The notes below the pieces were generated by a model. The model saw nothing but the letters and a program-made list of their open reading frames with translations, ran no database searches and was not told the origin of the DNA. DNA of 64,000 bases from Myxococcota bacterium (lineage in GTDB: Bacteria > Myxococcota_A > UBA9160 > UBA6930). This document shows positions 1 to 11,277 of the stretch, piece by piece; the first letter of the stretch is position 1; every line of letters starts with the position of its first letter. Location: contig OZ245015.1 of NCBI GenBank assembly GCA_965223705.1, positions 160,001 to 224,000 of the forward strand, read 5' to 3'. A program made the position numbers and the translations under genes.

Positions 1-240
1 TCGGTACGTACGTCGTCTCCGGTCTCGGCCCCCGCGGCCAGACCCGTTTGTCCGAACTCCTGCCCGAGATAGAGAGTTCCCGCTTGGCCCGGACCGGGAG
101 CCCATCCCGTTTTGATCTCCGAAATAGAATCGAACAAGACATCGGTCACCGGGACCGAAGGCATTTGTGACTGCGCGGCCCCGGAGAAGAAGAGACTCAA
201 CACCGACACGACAACAACACGCTTCACTACACATTCCCCC

Positions 241-344
241 CATAAACGGCCGCGGTGGCTCGCCGAGGCCCAGGATGTGGCCGCCAGGATACCACCAAGC
301 GATTTGAAAGCGGGCGAGCGCATGAGCTTTAGCCCTTGTTACGC
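241..344 (-). repeat. Degenerate attC-like site
   Basis: Minus strand GCGTAAC contains the stop of ORF 339-596; distal GTTTATG end; inner arms GCTCGCC/GGCGAGC. Confidence 0.45.
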
Positions 345-596
345 GGAGGATCTGCGTAGCTCTGCCCGAACTCCGAGTTCGACGAGGCGCTTCTCGATAG
401 GAGCGAGATCGAGCTCCGCGCCGCGCCGGACAACGCCAGGCAAGGCCTCTGCAAACGCCTCGTACTCGAAGCGTTTGATGCGAAGGAGCTTGCGAACGGC
501 TTCAAGAAGCTCGGGCGCGGGAAGCTCGAGCACCACGAGCTCCCACGACTGCTGTGCCCTCTCGCGTTGTGCTCGTTGTTCACGCGTTTCTGACAA
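339..596 (-). CDS. Hypothetical protein (old cassette gene)
   Basis: 85-aa ORF whose stop lies in an R''-like box. Confidence 0.55.
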   Translation of the reverse strand: MSETREQRAQRERAQQSWELVVLELPAPELLEAVRKLLRIKRFEYEAFAEALPGVVRRGAELDLAPIEKRLVELGVRAELRRSSA

Positions 597-637
597 CGAC
601 GATCTCCGGTGAATCGGCTACCCCGGGGCAGGGCCGC

Positions 638-1369
638 CTACGGCTCCGGGTGTGCGAAGCGTCCATGCTTGAGGAACTCGAGAACTTGAAAACCGGCGAC
701 CTTCGATCGCATGATGAAGGTGTGCGAAGCGGAGATCGCAATAAAGTCGGTCATCCCGGGCAGCTTGGTGCTCTGCACGGACACAGTTCCATCGTTTTCT
801 CCCGGAACGAAGAGTGATCCCAAGGGATTGATGCTCCTGGTACCCGCGATGACACCGAGTTCGAAGTTCGGTGGGGGCAGCCGATTCGGAAGGCTTTGCT
901 CTTCGGTGCCGAGCTGACTCGCGGTGGGGCCGAGTGCCCATCGGAAGGCTGCGGAGTCGAGGAGGTCGACCAGTTCGCTGCCGTGGTTAGGCGGCGCCAG
1001 CATGACCACGCGTCCGAGCGTTTGCACCTCGTGCGTAGCGACGTAAGCGCGGACCAAGATCCCTCCGAGCGAGTGCGTCACAAAGTGAAGACGCGGTGCG
1101 GCTTCGCAACACTCGAGCACTCGTTTGTGGAGGTAACCCCCGAGCTCACCGGGGCCGAGATCGGTCGACGGGTAAGAGACGTTGTGAACCGCATAGCCAG
1201 CTTCGGACAACATGGAAGCCAGTGGACGCATCGCGCGGCTCGACCGCCCGAGGCCGTGGAGAAGCACCACCGATTCGGCGCGCGCCTCGGCATCGGAAGC
1301 CTGAGCCTTTGCGCCCAGCACACACGAGATGGCCAAGAACATCCCGAAGATGGAGACGGCTCGTCGCAA
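638..1369 (-). CDS. Secreted alpha/beta hydrolase (lipase/esterase-like)
   Basis: Signal-peptide-like N-terminus, LLHGL, THSLGG nucleophile elbow, DGTV, H motifs. Confidence 0.85.
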   Translation of the reverse strand: MRRAVSIFGMFLAISCVLGAKAQASDAEARAESVVLLHGLGRSSRAMRPLASMLSEAGYAVHNVSYPSTDLGPGELGGYLHKRVLECCEAAPRLHFVTHSLGGILVRAYVATHEVQTLGRVVMLAPPNHGSELVDLLDSAAFRWALGPTASQLGTEEQSLPNRLPPPNFELGVIAGTRSINPLGSLFVPGENDGTVSVQSTKLPGMTDFIAISASHTFIMRSKVAGFQVLEFLKHGRFAHPEP

Positions 1370-1434
1370 ACCGCTACGGATCCTGCAGGTTCGAGTCGCC
1401 CACTGTATCGCGCGAGATCGACGCCGAAGGCACG

Positions 1435-1815
1435 CTAAACCCGAGGGTCATCGTCATTCGAATGCTCGGTGTCTGCGGGCGAGAGATACATCTCTTTGGT
1501 TCTTAAGAGAATATGGTGGCGGTGCCAGAGCCCTTGCGGCACGACGAGGCAGGAGCCTCCCTCGAGTCTGACTCGATCAGATGGCTGCCCCAGAGCACTG
1601 GGCAGGATCTCGATTTCTACACACCCCTCGATGACGTGTAGTAACTCCTCCGAGTTTGGATGCATCTCCCAGGGACCGGGACCGCCAGCCTCAGACCAGA
1701 AGACTCCAATGTGTCCGGTGCCGAAAGAAGCTTGGGTCGCAAACTCCAGCTCGGGAAGTTTGGACACTTCCTTGTCGGGATTGAACACTTGGTATTGGGT
1801 CATTGCGCGATCCAC
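1435..1815 (-). CDS. Cupin domain protein
   Basis: WEMHPNSEELLHVIEG ... VVPQGLWH cupin motifs. Confidence 0.85.
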   Translation of the reverse strand: MDRAMTQYQVFNPDKEVSKLPELEFATQASFGTGHIGVFWSEAGGPGPWEMHPNSEELLHVIEGCVEIEILPSALGQPSDRVRLEGGSCLVVPQGLWHRHHILLRTKEMYLSPADTEHSNDDDPRV

Positions 1816-1884
1816 TGAACCATAGGTTAGGCGGAACCACGTCCATCGAGAAAGGCGGGTCCACTGCAGCCGCCGGACATAGCC

Positions 1885-2292
1885 CTATCGGGTGTCCGGT
1901 GAGCGCGATACCGGCGCGGGACGCGCCCAAAGCAGAGCGACCGCGGGGATGCCGAATAGCAAAAGCTGCCAAAGACCTGGACCCCACCCACCGCCGGACG
2001 GGCTGGTGAGATTCCAGATGAGGTGGCTGACCGCCACGTAGAAAGCGTAGACGGACGCCCAGGGCCAGACCCAGGGGCGAACGGACCAGAACGCCCACGC
2101 CGCGGCGGCGAAGATCGCCCAGTGAAGAGGCGCGGTGAGCCGCGCGAGTGCTCCGCGAAGCTCGAACCCGAACCACACTTCCGTGTCGCGCACATGGGGG
2201 ACGAACACATCTCGAGCGATGAGGAAGATGAGGGTGACGGTGCAGAAAGCGGAAAGAACCGTCGCCCACCAAGGTCTCTCTACAGCATCCAC
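1885..2292 (-). CDS. Hypothetical membrane protein
   Basis: Several hydrophobic segments; followed by an attC half-site at ~1852-1873. Confidence 0.65.
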   Translation of the reverse strand: MDAVERPWWATVLSAFCTVTLIFLIARDVFVPHVRDTEVWFGFELRGALARLTAPLHWAIFAAAAWAFWSVRPWVWPWASVYAFYVAVSHLIWNLTSPSGGGWGPGLWQLLLFGIPAVALLWARPAPVSRSPDTR

Positions 2293-2380
2293 GCCCGACT
2301 ACCAACTTGTGCGAGCCATCCGTTTCGCAAGTAGAGGTCGTCTCCATCTCGTCCTCCGCACACGCAAATAGCGGCCCGGC

Positions 2381-2878
2381 CTAGCGCGTAGGACGATAGA
2401 GAACTGCGAAGCTGAAGCCGAACGCAGCGACGATCAGCGCAAGAAGCAAACCCAAGACAAAAAATCCCGATCCCGAGGGCATGGGCCAACCGACTGCATT
2501 CGAGAGTTGCAAGGCGATGTTAAGCAACGTCAGAGCAAACACGGTGTGTAACGCCGTGCGGGGCGGGCGAGCGCCCTGACCACGCGACACTTTTTGCACC
2601 CGCAAGAGGAAGAAGACGAAAAAGGCAAGGACCGCCGCGAACAGAACGACGCTGGAATACCGCCAACTCGTGGAGCCCTCAACCCCGAACTGTAACAGCA
2701 GCGACGGTACGAACGCGATCGTCGCAGTGCCCACCCCGAGAAACAGGACACCTGCGAATCGCCAGCGATCGATTGCTACCAGTCCATCGCGTTGAGAGAA
2801 CGCGACAACAACACCGGCGAAGCCAGCCAAGGTCAGAGCCAATTCGGCGATCGTTAGGACTGCGCTCGCTGCGTCCAT
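2381..2878 (-). CDS. Hypothetical membrane protein
   Basis: About five hydrophobic helices. Confidence 0.7.
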   Translation of the reverse strand: MDAASAVLTIAELALTLAGFAGVVVAFSQRDGLVAIDRWRFAGVLFLGVGTATIAFVPSLLLQFGVEGSTSWRYSSVVLFAAVLAFFVFFLLRVQKVSRGQGARPPRTALHTVFALTLLNIALQLSNAVGWPMPSGSGFFVLGLLLALIVAAFGFSFAVLYRPTR

Positions 2879-2926
2879 CTCTAGTCGACCGTCCGCTTAA
2901 CATCGAAACTCGGCGCCGGGTTGGGC

Positions 2927-3258
2927 GTCATTGCCTTCAACTCTACTCAACGAATCGACGTAGGCAATAAAATCCAGATGGTAGACGTTGTGTTTGTGAT
3001 CCTCCCAGAACCGTTGGTAGCCTCGAGCGCGCCAAGGCGGCCCTGTTCGACCGCCATAAGGCCAGCGGTCACTGTCCCAATTACCAACGCCACCCAAAGC
3101 GACACGCCCCAGGGATTTTGCGACTCAAACACCGCGAAGAAACCCAGTGCCGTCGCTGCAATTTCCGCGACGAGTCCAAGTTGATCGAGAGCCGCTTCCG
3201 ACATTCCACACTCCGCCGACATCGCTGGTAAGCCGATGAGTACAAGCCACGTACTCAT
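2927..3258 (-). pseudogene. Probable eroded membrane-protein cassette gene
   Basis: Segment LVAEIAATALGFFAVF resembles the N-terminus of 2381-2878 (IAELALTLAGFAGVV); ends next to collapsed R boxes at 2895-2926. Confidence 0.35.
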
Positions 3259-3625
3259 CGTCCCTTCAACGCGGAGTTTATCCAGGCCCCTGCGTTGGAA
3301 TCGATGTCTCGAGCCACACCCTCGATTGGACCCGTAATCCCGAGGCAGCTCTGAAGGTGCCTCTGCGTCGAAAAGACGGAACGCTGTCTTTGCATCCTGC
3401 TCGTGAAATATTCCTACATGATGCCTTCGGCTTGGCGGTCGGCGTGTTGGCGATAGTTGGCCCCGCCTGCGCTGTAGGCGAAGATAACGGGCTGGTCTCT
3501 CCATAGGCAGACGCACTGGACCTGCCGGATCAATGATGTCGTCTGAATCACTCGCGAGCGGCATGACTGGCGCTGCGAAGACTCGGTCGAGGCTCGCGCG
3601 TGCTGTTTGATCAACGGGAAGCCTC

Positions 3626-4246
3626 CTATGGCGCCCTCTGAGCAACGATGAATCGGACCGGGTGCGGACAGAAGGCGGTCTCAAGGATCACGAAGTCAGC
3701 ACTCGTGATGTGGTCTTCGATCTCTGTCGCCTTTAGATAATCGAGAGGGGGCGCAAGTCCGAACAGCTTCATCACCGAGATACCGATGGGCACGAGGCGG
3801 TTCATTTCTCCGACACAGGGTGTCTTCGAGATGAAGAATCCCCCGGGCTTGAGGCGCTCTCGAATCTCGAACAGGCCGCCCGGGATGTCCCCGACCACGT
3901 GCAAGCTGTTGAAGGCTGTGATGACGTCGAAGGGCCCGCGGTCCAAGCCCGCGTCAAATAGCGTTGCCTGCTCGAAGTGGACGTTGTCGACGTTCTCGGC
4001 TGACGCCTTCTCGACGCCGATCTCGACCATGCGAGACGAAATGTCGGTGGCGGTGATCTGTTCAACGCTGGATGCGAGCAGGAGCGCAGTCGTCCCGGTT
4101 CCACAGCCGATCTCCAGAACGTGATCGCCCGCGGACAGGTACTTTCGGGTTCGGTCCAGGCCCTGGTCGTAGCTCGCCTGATCCTTGATCGGCTTCTTCG
4201 AGTAGGCGTCGGCGTGGCGGTCCCAGAAGCGTGCGGCTTTGGTCAT
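3626..4246 (-). CDS. Class I SAM-dependent methyltransferase
   Basis: VLEIGCGTG motif I, TDIS, FDVI; start chosen at ATG 4246. Confidence 0.9.
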   Translation of the reverse strand: MTKAARFWDRHADAYSKKPIKDQASYDQGLDRTRKYLSAGDHVLEIGCGTGTTALLLASSVEQITATDISSRMVEIGVEKASAENVDNVHFEQATLFDAGLDRGPFDVITAFNSLHVVGDIPGGLFEIRERLKPGGFFISKTPCVGEMNRLVPIGISVMKLFGLAPPLDYLKATEIEDHITSADFVILETAFCPHPVRFIVAQRAP

Positions 4247-4336
4247 GCGACTTTCTCCTGCGCGCTCATACGGGTACTCGTTGGGTGCCACCCATTCGCT
4301 CCTTCACAGTCCGCAAACGCCCGGCGACGACGGGTC

Positions 4337-4466
4337 CGCCAACGGAGTTGCGGCTCAGTGGGTCCGCCGACCTGAGGGCGAGATTCTGCCGATACCGCTG
4401 GTTAAGGCACAAGACTAACGAACTAGAGAAGAGCAAAGGCGGGTCCGCTGTAGCCGCTGGTTAGAC
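4337..4466 (-). repeat. attC site (R' box imperfect)
   Basis: + strand CGCCAAC...GCTGGTTAGAC, array-type arms. Confidence 0.85.
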
Positions 4467-5003
4467 GGCAAGCTCCAACTCGCCGCCCGCTATCACCTCG
4501 GGCGTCGTCGCGTCTCCGGGTCCAAACTCGAGGGCGCCAGAAGCCAGGTACAAGACAACATTGCCTGGCGAGTAGAGGTGCCAGATTGGATCGCCCGGCC
4601 CAAAGTCGGCATACCTCTGCGTTTAAACCACAAAGCCGAATTCAAACTTGAATATGAATTCACCCCGTGTCGGGGAAGCTCCGACCGTCTCGAGCTTTGC
4701 ACCATCGAGTCTAGATAAGGCCCGGGATATGGTCTCGTTGTCCGATTCAGAGTGCGCGAGTTCCGTAGATTGCTCGCGAAGCGACCAATCACATTGCTCA
4801 ATCCACAGATGGTGATCACCGCGAACTGTGACCAAACGCCTGCGCAGGTACTCGCGACGAGAGTCGGGAACAGGTTCGCGAATTTCTAGATGAGGCTGCC
4901 CGGAGTCGAATGTGATGAAGGAGCTGTAACCCCGTTGCGCGTTCCAGCAAGGGAGCCCAGATAAGCTGCCGAAACTCGCGCTCAGGAGGTCCCTGGCATC
5001 CAA
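4461..5003 (-). pseudogene. Cassette gene with in-frame TAA at 4623-4625
   Basis: Frame stays open after the stop and ends at the TAA of the R'' box (4461-4463). Confidence 0.6.
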
Positions 5004-5021
5004 AGTACGCCCTTGCCTGCC

Positions 5022-5157
5022 GTCTAACGGAGATGGCGCTCAGCTGCGAGCCACAGTGCCTCCGTGGTTCGAGCAAAGCACCAGAGTTACAATGCCAGAG
5101 CGTAAAAGAACCCGGTTTGACAAGCTGTGGCTCCTCAGCTGCAGCGCCTTGTTAGAC
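5022..5157 (-). repeat. attC site, divergent (non-array-type) sequence
   Basis: GTCTAAC...GTTAGAC ends, GCTCAGC/GCTGCAGC L boxes, unrelated central region. Confidence 0.9.
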
Positions 5158-5184
5158 GGTGTGCTCCCGGGGTCAGAAGGAACG

Positions 5185-5421
5185 ATGGGCAAAGCGGGAC
5201 AGAAGGTGCTGGACGAAGCGCTGCAACTCGAACTCTCAGAACGAGCGGAGCTTGCGGCGGAACTGCTCGCAAGCCTCGACGGCGAACCGGACGAGGAGGC
5301 CGAGGCGGCTTGGGCTGACGAAATCAAGCGCCGGCTCACCCGCGCTCGATCTGGCGCAGATGAGGGAAGGCCCTGGCCAGCCGTTCGAGATGCGGTCAAG
5401 GACGCATTGAACAACAGGTGA
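5185..5421 (+). CDS. Addiction-module antitoxin
   Basis: L-x-x-x-ERAELA..LL.SLD...EAAW..EI.RR pattern; overlaps toxin start (GTGA). Confidence 0.85.
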   Translation: MGKAGQKVLDEALQLELSERAELAAELLASLDGEPDEEAEAAWADEIKRRLTRARSGADEGRPWPAVRDAVKDALNNR

Positions 5422-5732
5422 CTCCTAGCGTTCGCATCAGTGAAGAGGCTGAAGCCGAGGTGGCTGAGTCGGCTCGCTGGTACGAGACAAACCGAGCGAA
5501 CTTGGGCGCAGAGTTCCTCGAGGCAGTTGACCTGGCAGTAGATCGAGCCGCAACGAACCCCGCGGCGGGTTCACCGGTGCCGGGTGTTGAAGACGCGGCT
5601 GTTCGCCGGTGGCCGGTACGCCGTTTCCCGTATCACGTTGTGTACGTCGAGCTCCCCGACCGTCTTCAGATTCTCGCTGTGGCGCACGATCGCCGACGCC
5701 CCGGATATTGGATCGGTCGGCTGCCAAGCTGA
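5418..5732 (+). CDS. RelE/ParE-family toxin
   Basis: AEAEV..SARWY, RRFPYHVVY, ILAVAH.RRRPGYW. Confidence 0.9.
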   Translation: MTPSVRISEEAEAEVAESARWYETNRANLGAEFLEAVDLAVDRAATNPAAGSPVPGVEDAAVRRWPVRRFPYHVVYVELPDRLQILAVAHDRRRPGYWIGRLPS

Positions 5733-5880
5733 CGCCCGAACATCCGTCTAACGGAGTTGCGGCTCAGTGGCCCGCCGACCTAATGGCGAGATTCCGCCGA
5801 CACCGCTGGTAAGGGACCAAGACTAACGAACTAGAACCGAGCTAAGGCGGATCCACTGCAGCCGCTCTTATGATGCGATC

Positions 5881-6078
5881 CGTGATGAAATGAAGCGGCC
5901 GATGAGCACAAGCCACGTGCCCACCGGCCTTCATAGGGAGCGGTAGGCCGAAAGCCAAGAGGTCCCTTGCGAGACCGTTAACAAGCTCGGGTCACCGTTC
6001 CCGTTGCCGCAGCGAAGCTCGAACGATCGCTTGGGCCGCCCGGAGGCGAGCCCGTATTTGAGAGCCCGAGTTCGTTGT
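5881..6078 (+). ncRNA. Putative bridge RNA, copy 1 (ends approximate)
   Basis: 5' hairpin plus two stem-internal-loop-stem modules carrying target- and donor-matching sequence. Confidence 0.75.
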
Positions 6079-6093
6079 ACCGGGAAGTTTATC

Positions 6094-7009
<916 letters not shown>

Positions 7010-7035
7010 GCGTTGACTTCCAACACGATCGCTTG

Positions 7036-7572
7036 TTAGGTGGCAGGTCCGCTTTGCGAGAACGCACAGCCAAAGCGCTCCGCGTTGGCCTCCGAGAAGA
7101 ACACGGTGACCGCGTCGTCTGATACGAGTGTGGCCTCGTCGGAATACTCTCCGAGTGCCAAGAAAACAGGCTCGTGCCCGACGAGACTGAGTCGGATTCC
7201 GCAGGGGTACCAATGATCCGAGCGCTCGCTTGGGTACCAGCGAAGGGCGGTTGAGGCGATGTGTTTGCCAATGATGTCCGGCCACGGAGCCGTGCCCGAG
7301 ACCGGCCACCGCGCGGTCTCCGGGCGCAGCTCCGATGAGAGGTCGCTGGGCAGGACTTTGAGACCAGTGTCTGAAGGAACGTCCCAGATAACGGAGACGA
7401 CAGCGCCGCTTCCGAGGTGGAGCTCGACTCCGTAGTCGACGGAATGTCTATCGGAGCAGACGAACTCTGGCTTGCGGCTTTCGTACGCAATCTCTCGGTA
7501 GGTGACGTCCCGAATCGAGTCGCCGCGCGTCGACTCAAGAAGCTCGAGTGCTGATCTGGCCGGCTCCTTCAC
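7036..7572 (-). CDS. Hypothetical cassette protein
   Basis: GGAG RBS + GTG at 7572; stop in R'' box. Confidence 0.7.
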   Translation of the reverse strand: MKEPARSALELLESTRGDSIRDVTYREIAYESRKPEFVCSDRHSVDYGVELHLGSGAVVSVIWDVPSDTGLKVLPSDLSSELRPETARWPVSGTAPWPDIIGKHIASTALRWYPSERSDHWYPCGIRLSLVGHEPVFLALGEYSDEATLVSDDAVTVFFSEANAERFGCAFSQSGPAT

Positions 7573-7583
7573 GGTCTCCTGCC

Positions 7584-7713
7584 GCCTAACGGAGTTGCGG
7601 CTCAGTGGGCCCGCCGACCTAATGGCGAGATTCCGCCGATGCCGCTGGTAAGGGCACAAGACTAACGAACTAGGACTGAGCTAAGGCGGGTCCACTGCAG
7701 CCGCTGGTTAGAC
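7584..7713 (-). repeat. attC site
   Basis: GCCTAAC...GCTGGTTAGAC; identical to 14434-14563. Confidence 0.95.
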
Positions 7714-7720
7714 GGCGCCA

Positions 7721-8113
7721 CTACTCGGGCGGTTGCTCCAGTAGTGCGAGAAGCCCACACGCTACAACAACCAAAACCGCTACAGCAGCTGCAAAACCGT
7801 AGGCGAACCGAATGCCCCCGCCGGCCGATCCTTCTAGCGCCATAGCGATACCGATTACAGCGATAGCAGCGGCAGAGACCCCGGGCAGGAGGCGTCTCGC
7901 GAGACGAGAACGCTTGGATCGCGCGAGCAGCTGGGCCTGCGTCAGGCCTTCTCGGGCGAAGACCAGTGGGGCGATAAAGATAGTTCCGGCTCCAAGAGAC
8001 GCGAGCACGACCAGGAATGGAGCGCCTGTCAGAAGGCCACCGACGGCTAATGCGAACATTAAGCAGCCGACGAAGCCGGCGAACGCGATCGCTGTTCGTA
8101 AGAGTGCGTTCAA
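7721..8113 (-). CDS. Hypothetical membrane protein (duplicate of 14571-14963)
   Basis: Four hydrophobic segments; fills the cassette. Confidence 0.75.
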   Translation of the reverse strand: MNALLRTAIAFAGFVGCLMFALAVGGLLTGAPFLVVLASLGAGTIFIAPLVFAREGLTQAQLLARSKRSRLARRLLPGVSAAAIAVIGIAMALEGSAGGGIRFAYGFAAAVAVLVVVACGLLALLEQPPE

Positions 8114-8125
8114 CTCGTTGCGTCC

Positions 8126-8255
8126 GTCTAACGGAGTTGCGGCTCAGCGGTCCCGCCACACTAAGGGCAAGGGTCCGCCGGTACCGCTGGTTAAGCTCAA
8201 AACCTAACGAACTAGAAAAGCGCTGTGGCGGGTCCGCTGCAGCCGCTGGTTAGAC
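8126..8255 (-). repeat. attC site (subtype with CCCGCCACA/TGTGGCGGG arms)
   Basis: GTCTAAC...GCTGGTTAGAC. Confidence 0.95.
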
Positions 8256-8717
8256 AGCGTGCTCGTTTAGCCAGGCGAGGAGGGGGCTGTCGGGCGAGGT
8301 ATGGGCGGCGACTACGTCCTTAAATCGCCCGGTGTCTTCCAGAATGAGTGGGACCCATATTGGCGAACCACCCGAAACAGCAAAGACCCGCAGACAGGGG
8401 CACAACGGAATGTTCAAGAGAGAGACGTGGGAAATTTCGGACCACGCGATATCGCGCCGACGGCACCATGTATCGAAACCGCTTAAGGCCGATTCGTCTG
8501 TCTGAGCGAACGGCAACTTTTGAAAGATGAAGCCTATGCAGTAGCAATAGACGAGAACTACCCCAACCGTGACGGAGATTACCAGTACGGTTGCTAGGTC
8601 GGGGCGCCAGGCAATCGCGCTCGCTAAGCCGGCAGCTCCTCCGATTAACCCGAGCGAGAAGCTCCACCACCAGGAGACAGGGTGGTTCTCTGCCGGTAAC
8701 GACGCCATAGCCACCAC
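8250..8717 (-). CDS. Hypothetical membrane protein
   Basis: Two TM segments plus soluble C-terminus; stop in R'' box. Confidence 0.75.
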   Translation of the reverse strand: MVAMASLPAENHPVSWWWSFSLGLIGGAAGLASAIAWRPDLATVLVISVTVGVVLVYCYCIGFIFQKLPFAQTDESALSGFDTWCRRRDIAWSEISHVSLLNIPLCPCLRVFAVSGGSPIWVPLILEDTGRFKDVVAAHTSPDSPLLAWLNEHAV

Positions 8718-8759
8718 CTCGGTAGGTCGGCGAACTTTCTTAAGGGCTCGACAACGTCT

Positions 8760-8890
8760 GTCTAACGGACTTGCGGCTCAGCGGTCCCGCCACACTTAGT
8801 GGCAAGGGTCCGCCGGGCACGCTGGTTAGGCCCAAAACCTAACGAACTAGACGAGCGCTGTGGCGGGTCCGCTGCAGCCGCTTGTTGGGT
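8760..8890 (-). repeat. attC site (second subtype)
   Basis: GTCTAAC...GCTTGTTGGGT. Confidence 0.95.
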
Positions 8891-8902
8891 GGCGACGCCT
8901 CG

Positions 8903-9256
8903 CTATTTCGTTTGAGGGGCGATGACCTTGTAGGAAGGGCCAAGACCGAAGAATCTCGATGTCTCGAGAACCCGCACTCGAGTACCTGTTGGGTACTCGC
9001 CTATCGCGCCGACGCTAGCTGTGACAACACGGCCGCTCTCGAGAGCGACATTCGCTTTGGACACGTAGCCGGCTTGAGTATCGACGCCTCGGGCGGCCTC
9101 TACGGTTCCCGACAACTCGCGCGTAGATCGGCCGAGACCAAGAACAACCATGAGAAAGAGGACGAAGCCAGCGAACGCGACACCCTTCGCCCAAGAGACG
9201 ACTTGTCGCCTCCGACGAAGACGTGCTTCCTCTTCGAGAACCTCATAGGCCGACAT
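8903..9256 (-). CDS. Hypothetical single-TM protein
   Basis: ORF fills cassette, one hydrophobic helix. Confidence 0.7.
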   Translation of the reverse strand: MSAYEVLEEEARLRRRRQVVSWAKGVAFAGFVLFLMVVLGLGRSTRELSGTVEAARGVDTQAGYVSKANVALESGRVVTASVGAIGEYPTGTRVRVLETSRFFGLGPSYKVIAPQTK

Positions 9257-9268
9257 GTTGCACCGTCC

Positions 9269-9397
9269 GCCCAACGGAGTTGCGGCTCAGTGGCCCGCCG
9301 ACCTAATGGCAAGGTTCCGCCGACACCGCTGGTAAGGCCACAAGACTAACGAACTAGAACCGAGCTAAGGCGGGTCCACTGCAGCCGCTGGTTAGGC
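9269..9397 (-). repeat. attC site
   Basis: GCCCAAC...GCTGGTTAGGC. Confidence 0.95.
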
Positions 9398-9404
9398 GGA
9401 GGGC

Positions 9405-9656
9405 TCAGGATGACCTGACAAAGAGCGTCTTCACGAGCCGGCACAGGAGGATCAAGACGGCTGTCCAGAACGCGAGGTTCAGTAGGACTGCGATTACGAC
9501 GCCATCTGTTCGATGGCCTGGATCTTCAATGAGGAACGACACGATAAAAAGACCGGGCTCAACTACCCCGGGCCAAAGCCCGAGAAAAGTGAACAGGCAA
9601 GAAGCCAAGAAAGACAGAAGAATTGGCAAGAACCCGATTGGAGCCAACCTCCGCAC
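9405..9656 (-). CDS. Small hypothetical membrane protein
   Basis: 83 aa, highly hydrophobic, AAGG RBS-like sequence upstream. Confidence 0.65.
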   Translation of the reverse strand: MRRLAPIGFLPILLSFLASCLFTFLGLWPGVVEPGLFIVSFLIEDPGHRTDGVVIAVLLNLAFWTAVLILLCRLVKTLFVRSS

Positions 9657-9847
9657 CCGTTCACCTTCCTAAGCATGGAAGCCTGGCCGCTGCTCCGAGC
9701 GACCGACTTCCGCCTAACGGAGTTGCGGCTCAGTGGGCCCGCCGACCTGAAGGCAGGATTCCGCCGATACCGCTGGTAAGGCCTCAAGACTAACGAACTA
9801 GAACCGAGCTAAGGCGGATCCACTGCAGCCGCTCTTATGATGCGATC

Positions 9848-10984
<1,137 letters not shown>

Positions 10985-11019
10985 GCGTTGACTTCCAACA
11001 CGATCGCTTGTTAGGCCGC

Positions 11020-11277
11020 TCACTGAGAAGCAGACGCCTCGCCCCGGAGAAGACCTGCGATGCTCAGATCTTCGTCGACATCGGGCCAGTGGATTCCCAC
11101 GCCTTCGCCAAGGAGTTCGAAGTTCTGGCGCTGTGCGGGGGTGGCCCTCAGCAACCGAGGGAACCACGCGAGAGGAGCAGAAATGCGACGGCCGTCGGCA
11201 AGCAGAACAACCAGCTCGTCGTCCGTTACGTCAACTTCCTTTGCGCGGGCATCAACGCTCGGCAGCGAAGAACTCAT
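11020..11277 (-). CDS. DUF2442-like protein (putative antitoxin)
   Basis: L.DGR.IS.PL.WFPRL..AT..QR.NFEL...GIHWPDVDEDLS. Confidence 0.85.
   Translation of the reverse strand: MSSSLPSVDARAKEVDVTDDELVVLLADGRRISAPLAWFPRLLRATPAQRQNFELLGEGVGIHWPDVDEDLSIAGLLRGEASASQ

Noticed and set aside
1..240. Possible gene or element end at the window start
   Set aside because: No recognisable motif, and context is cut off by the window edge.
5088..5122. TACAAT and TTGACA hexamers inside the foreign attC as the TA promoter
   Set aside because: Wrong order and spacing to form one promoter; no matching partner hexamer found.
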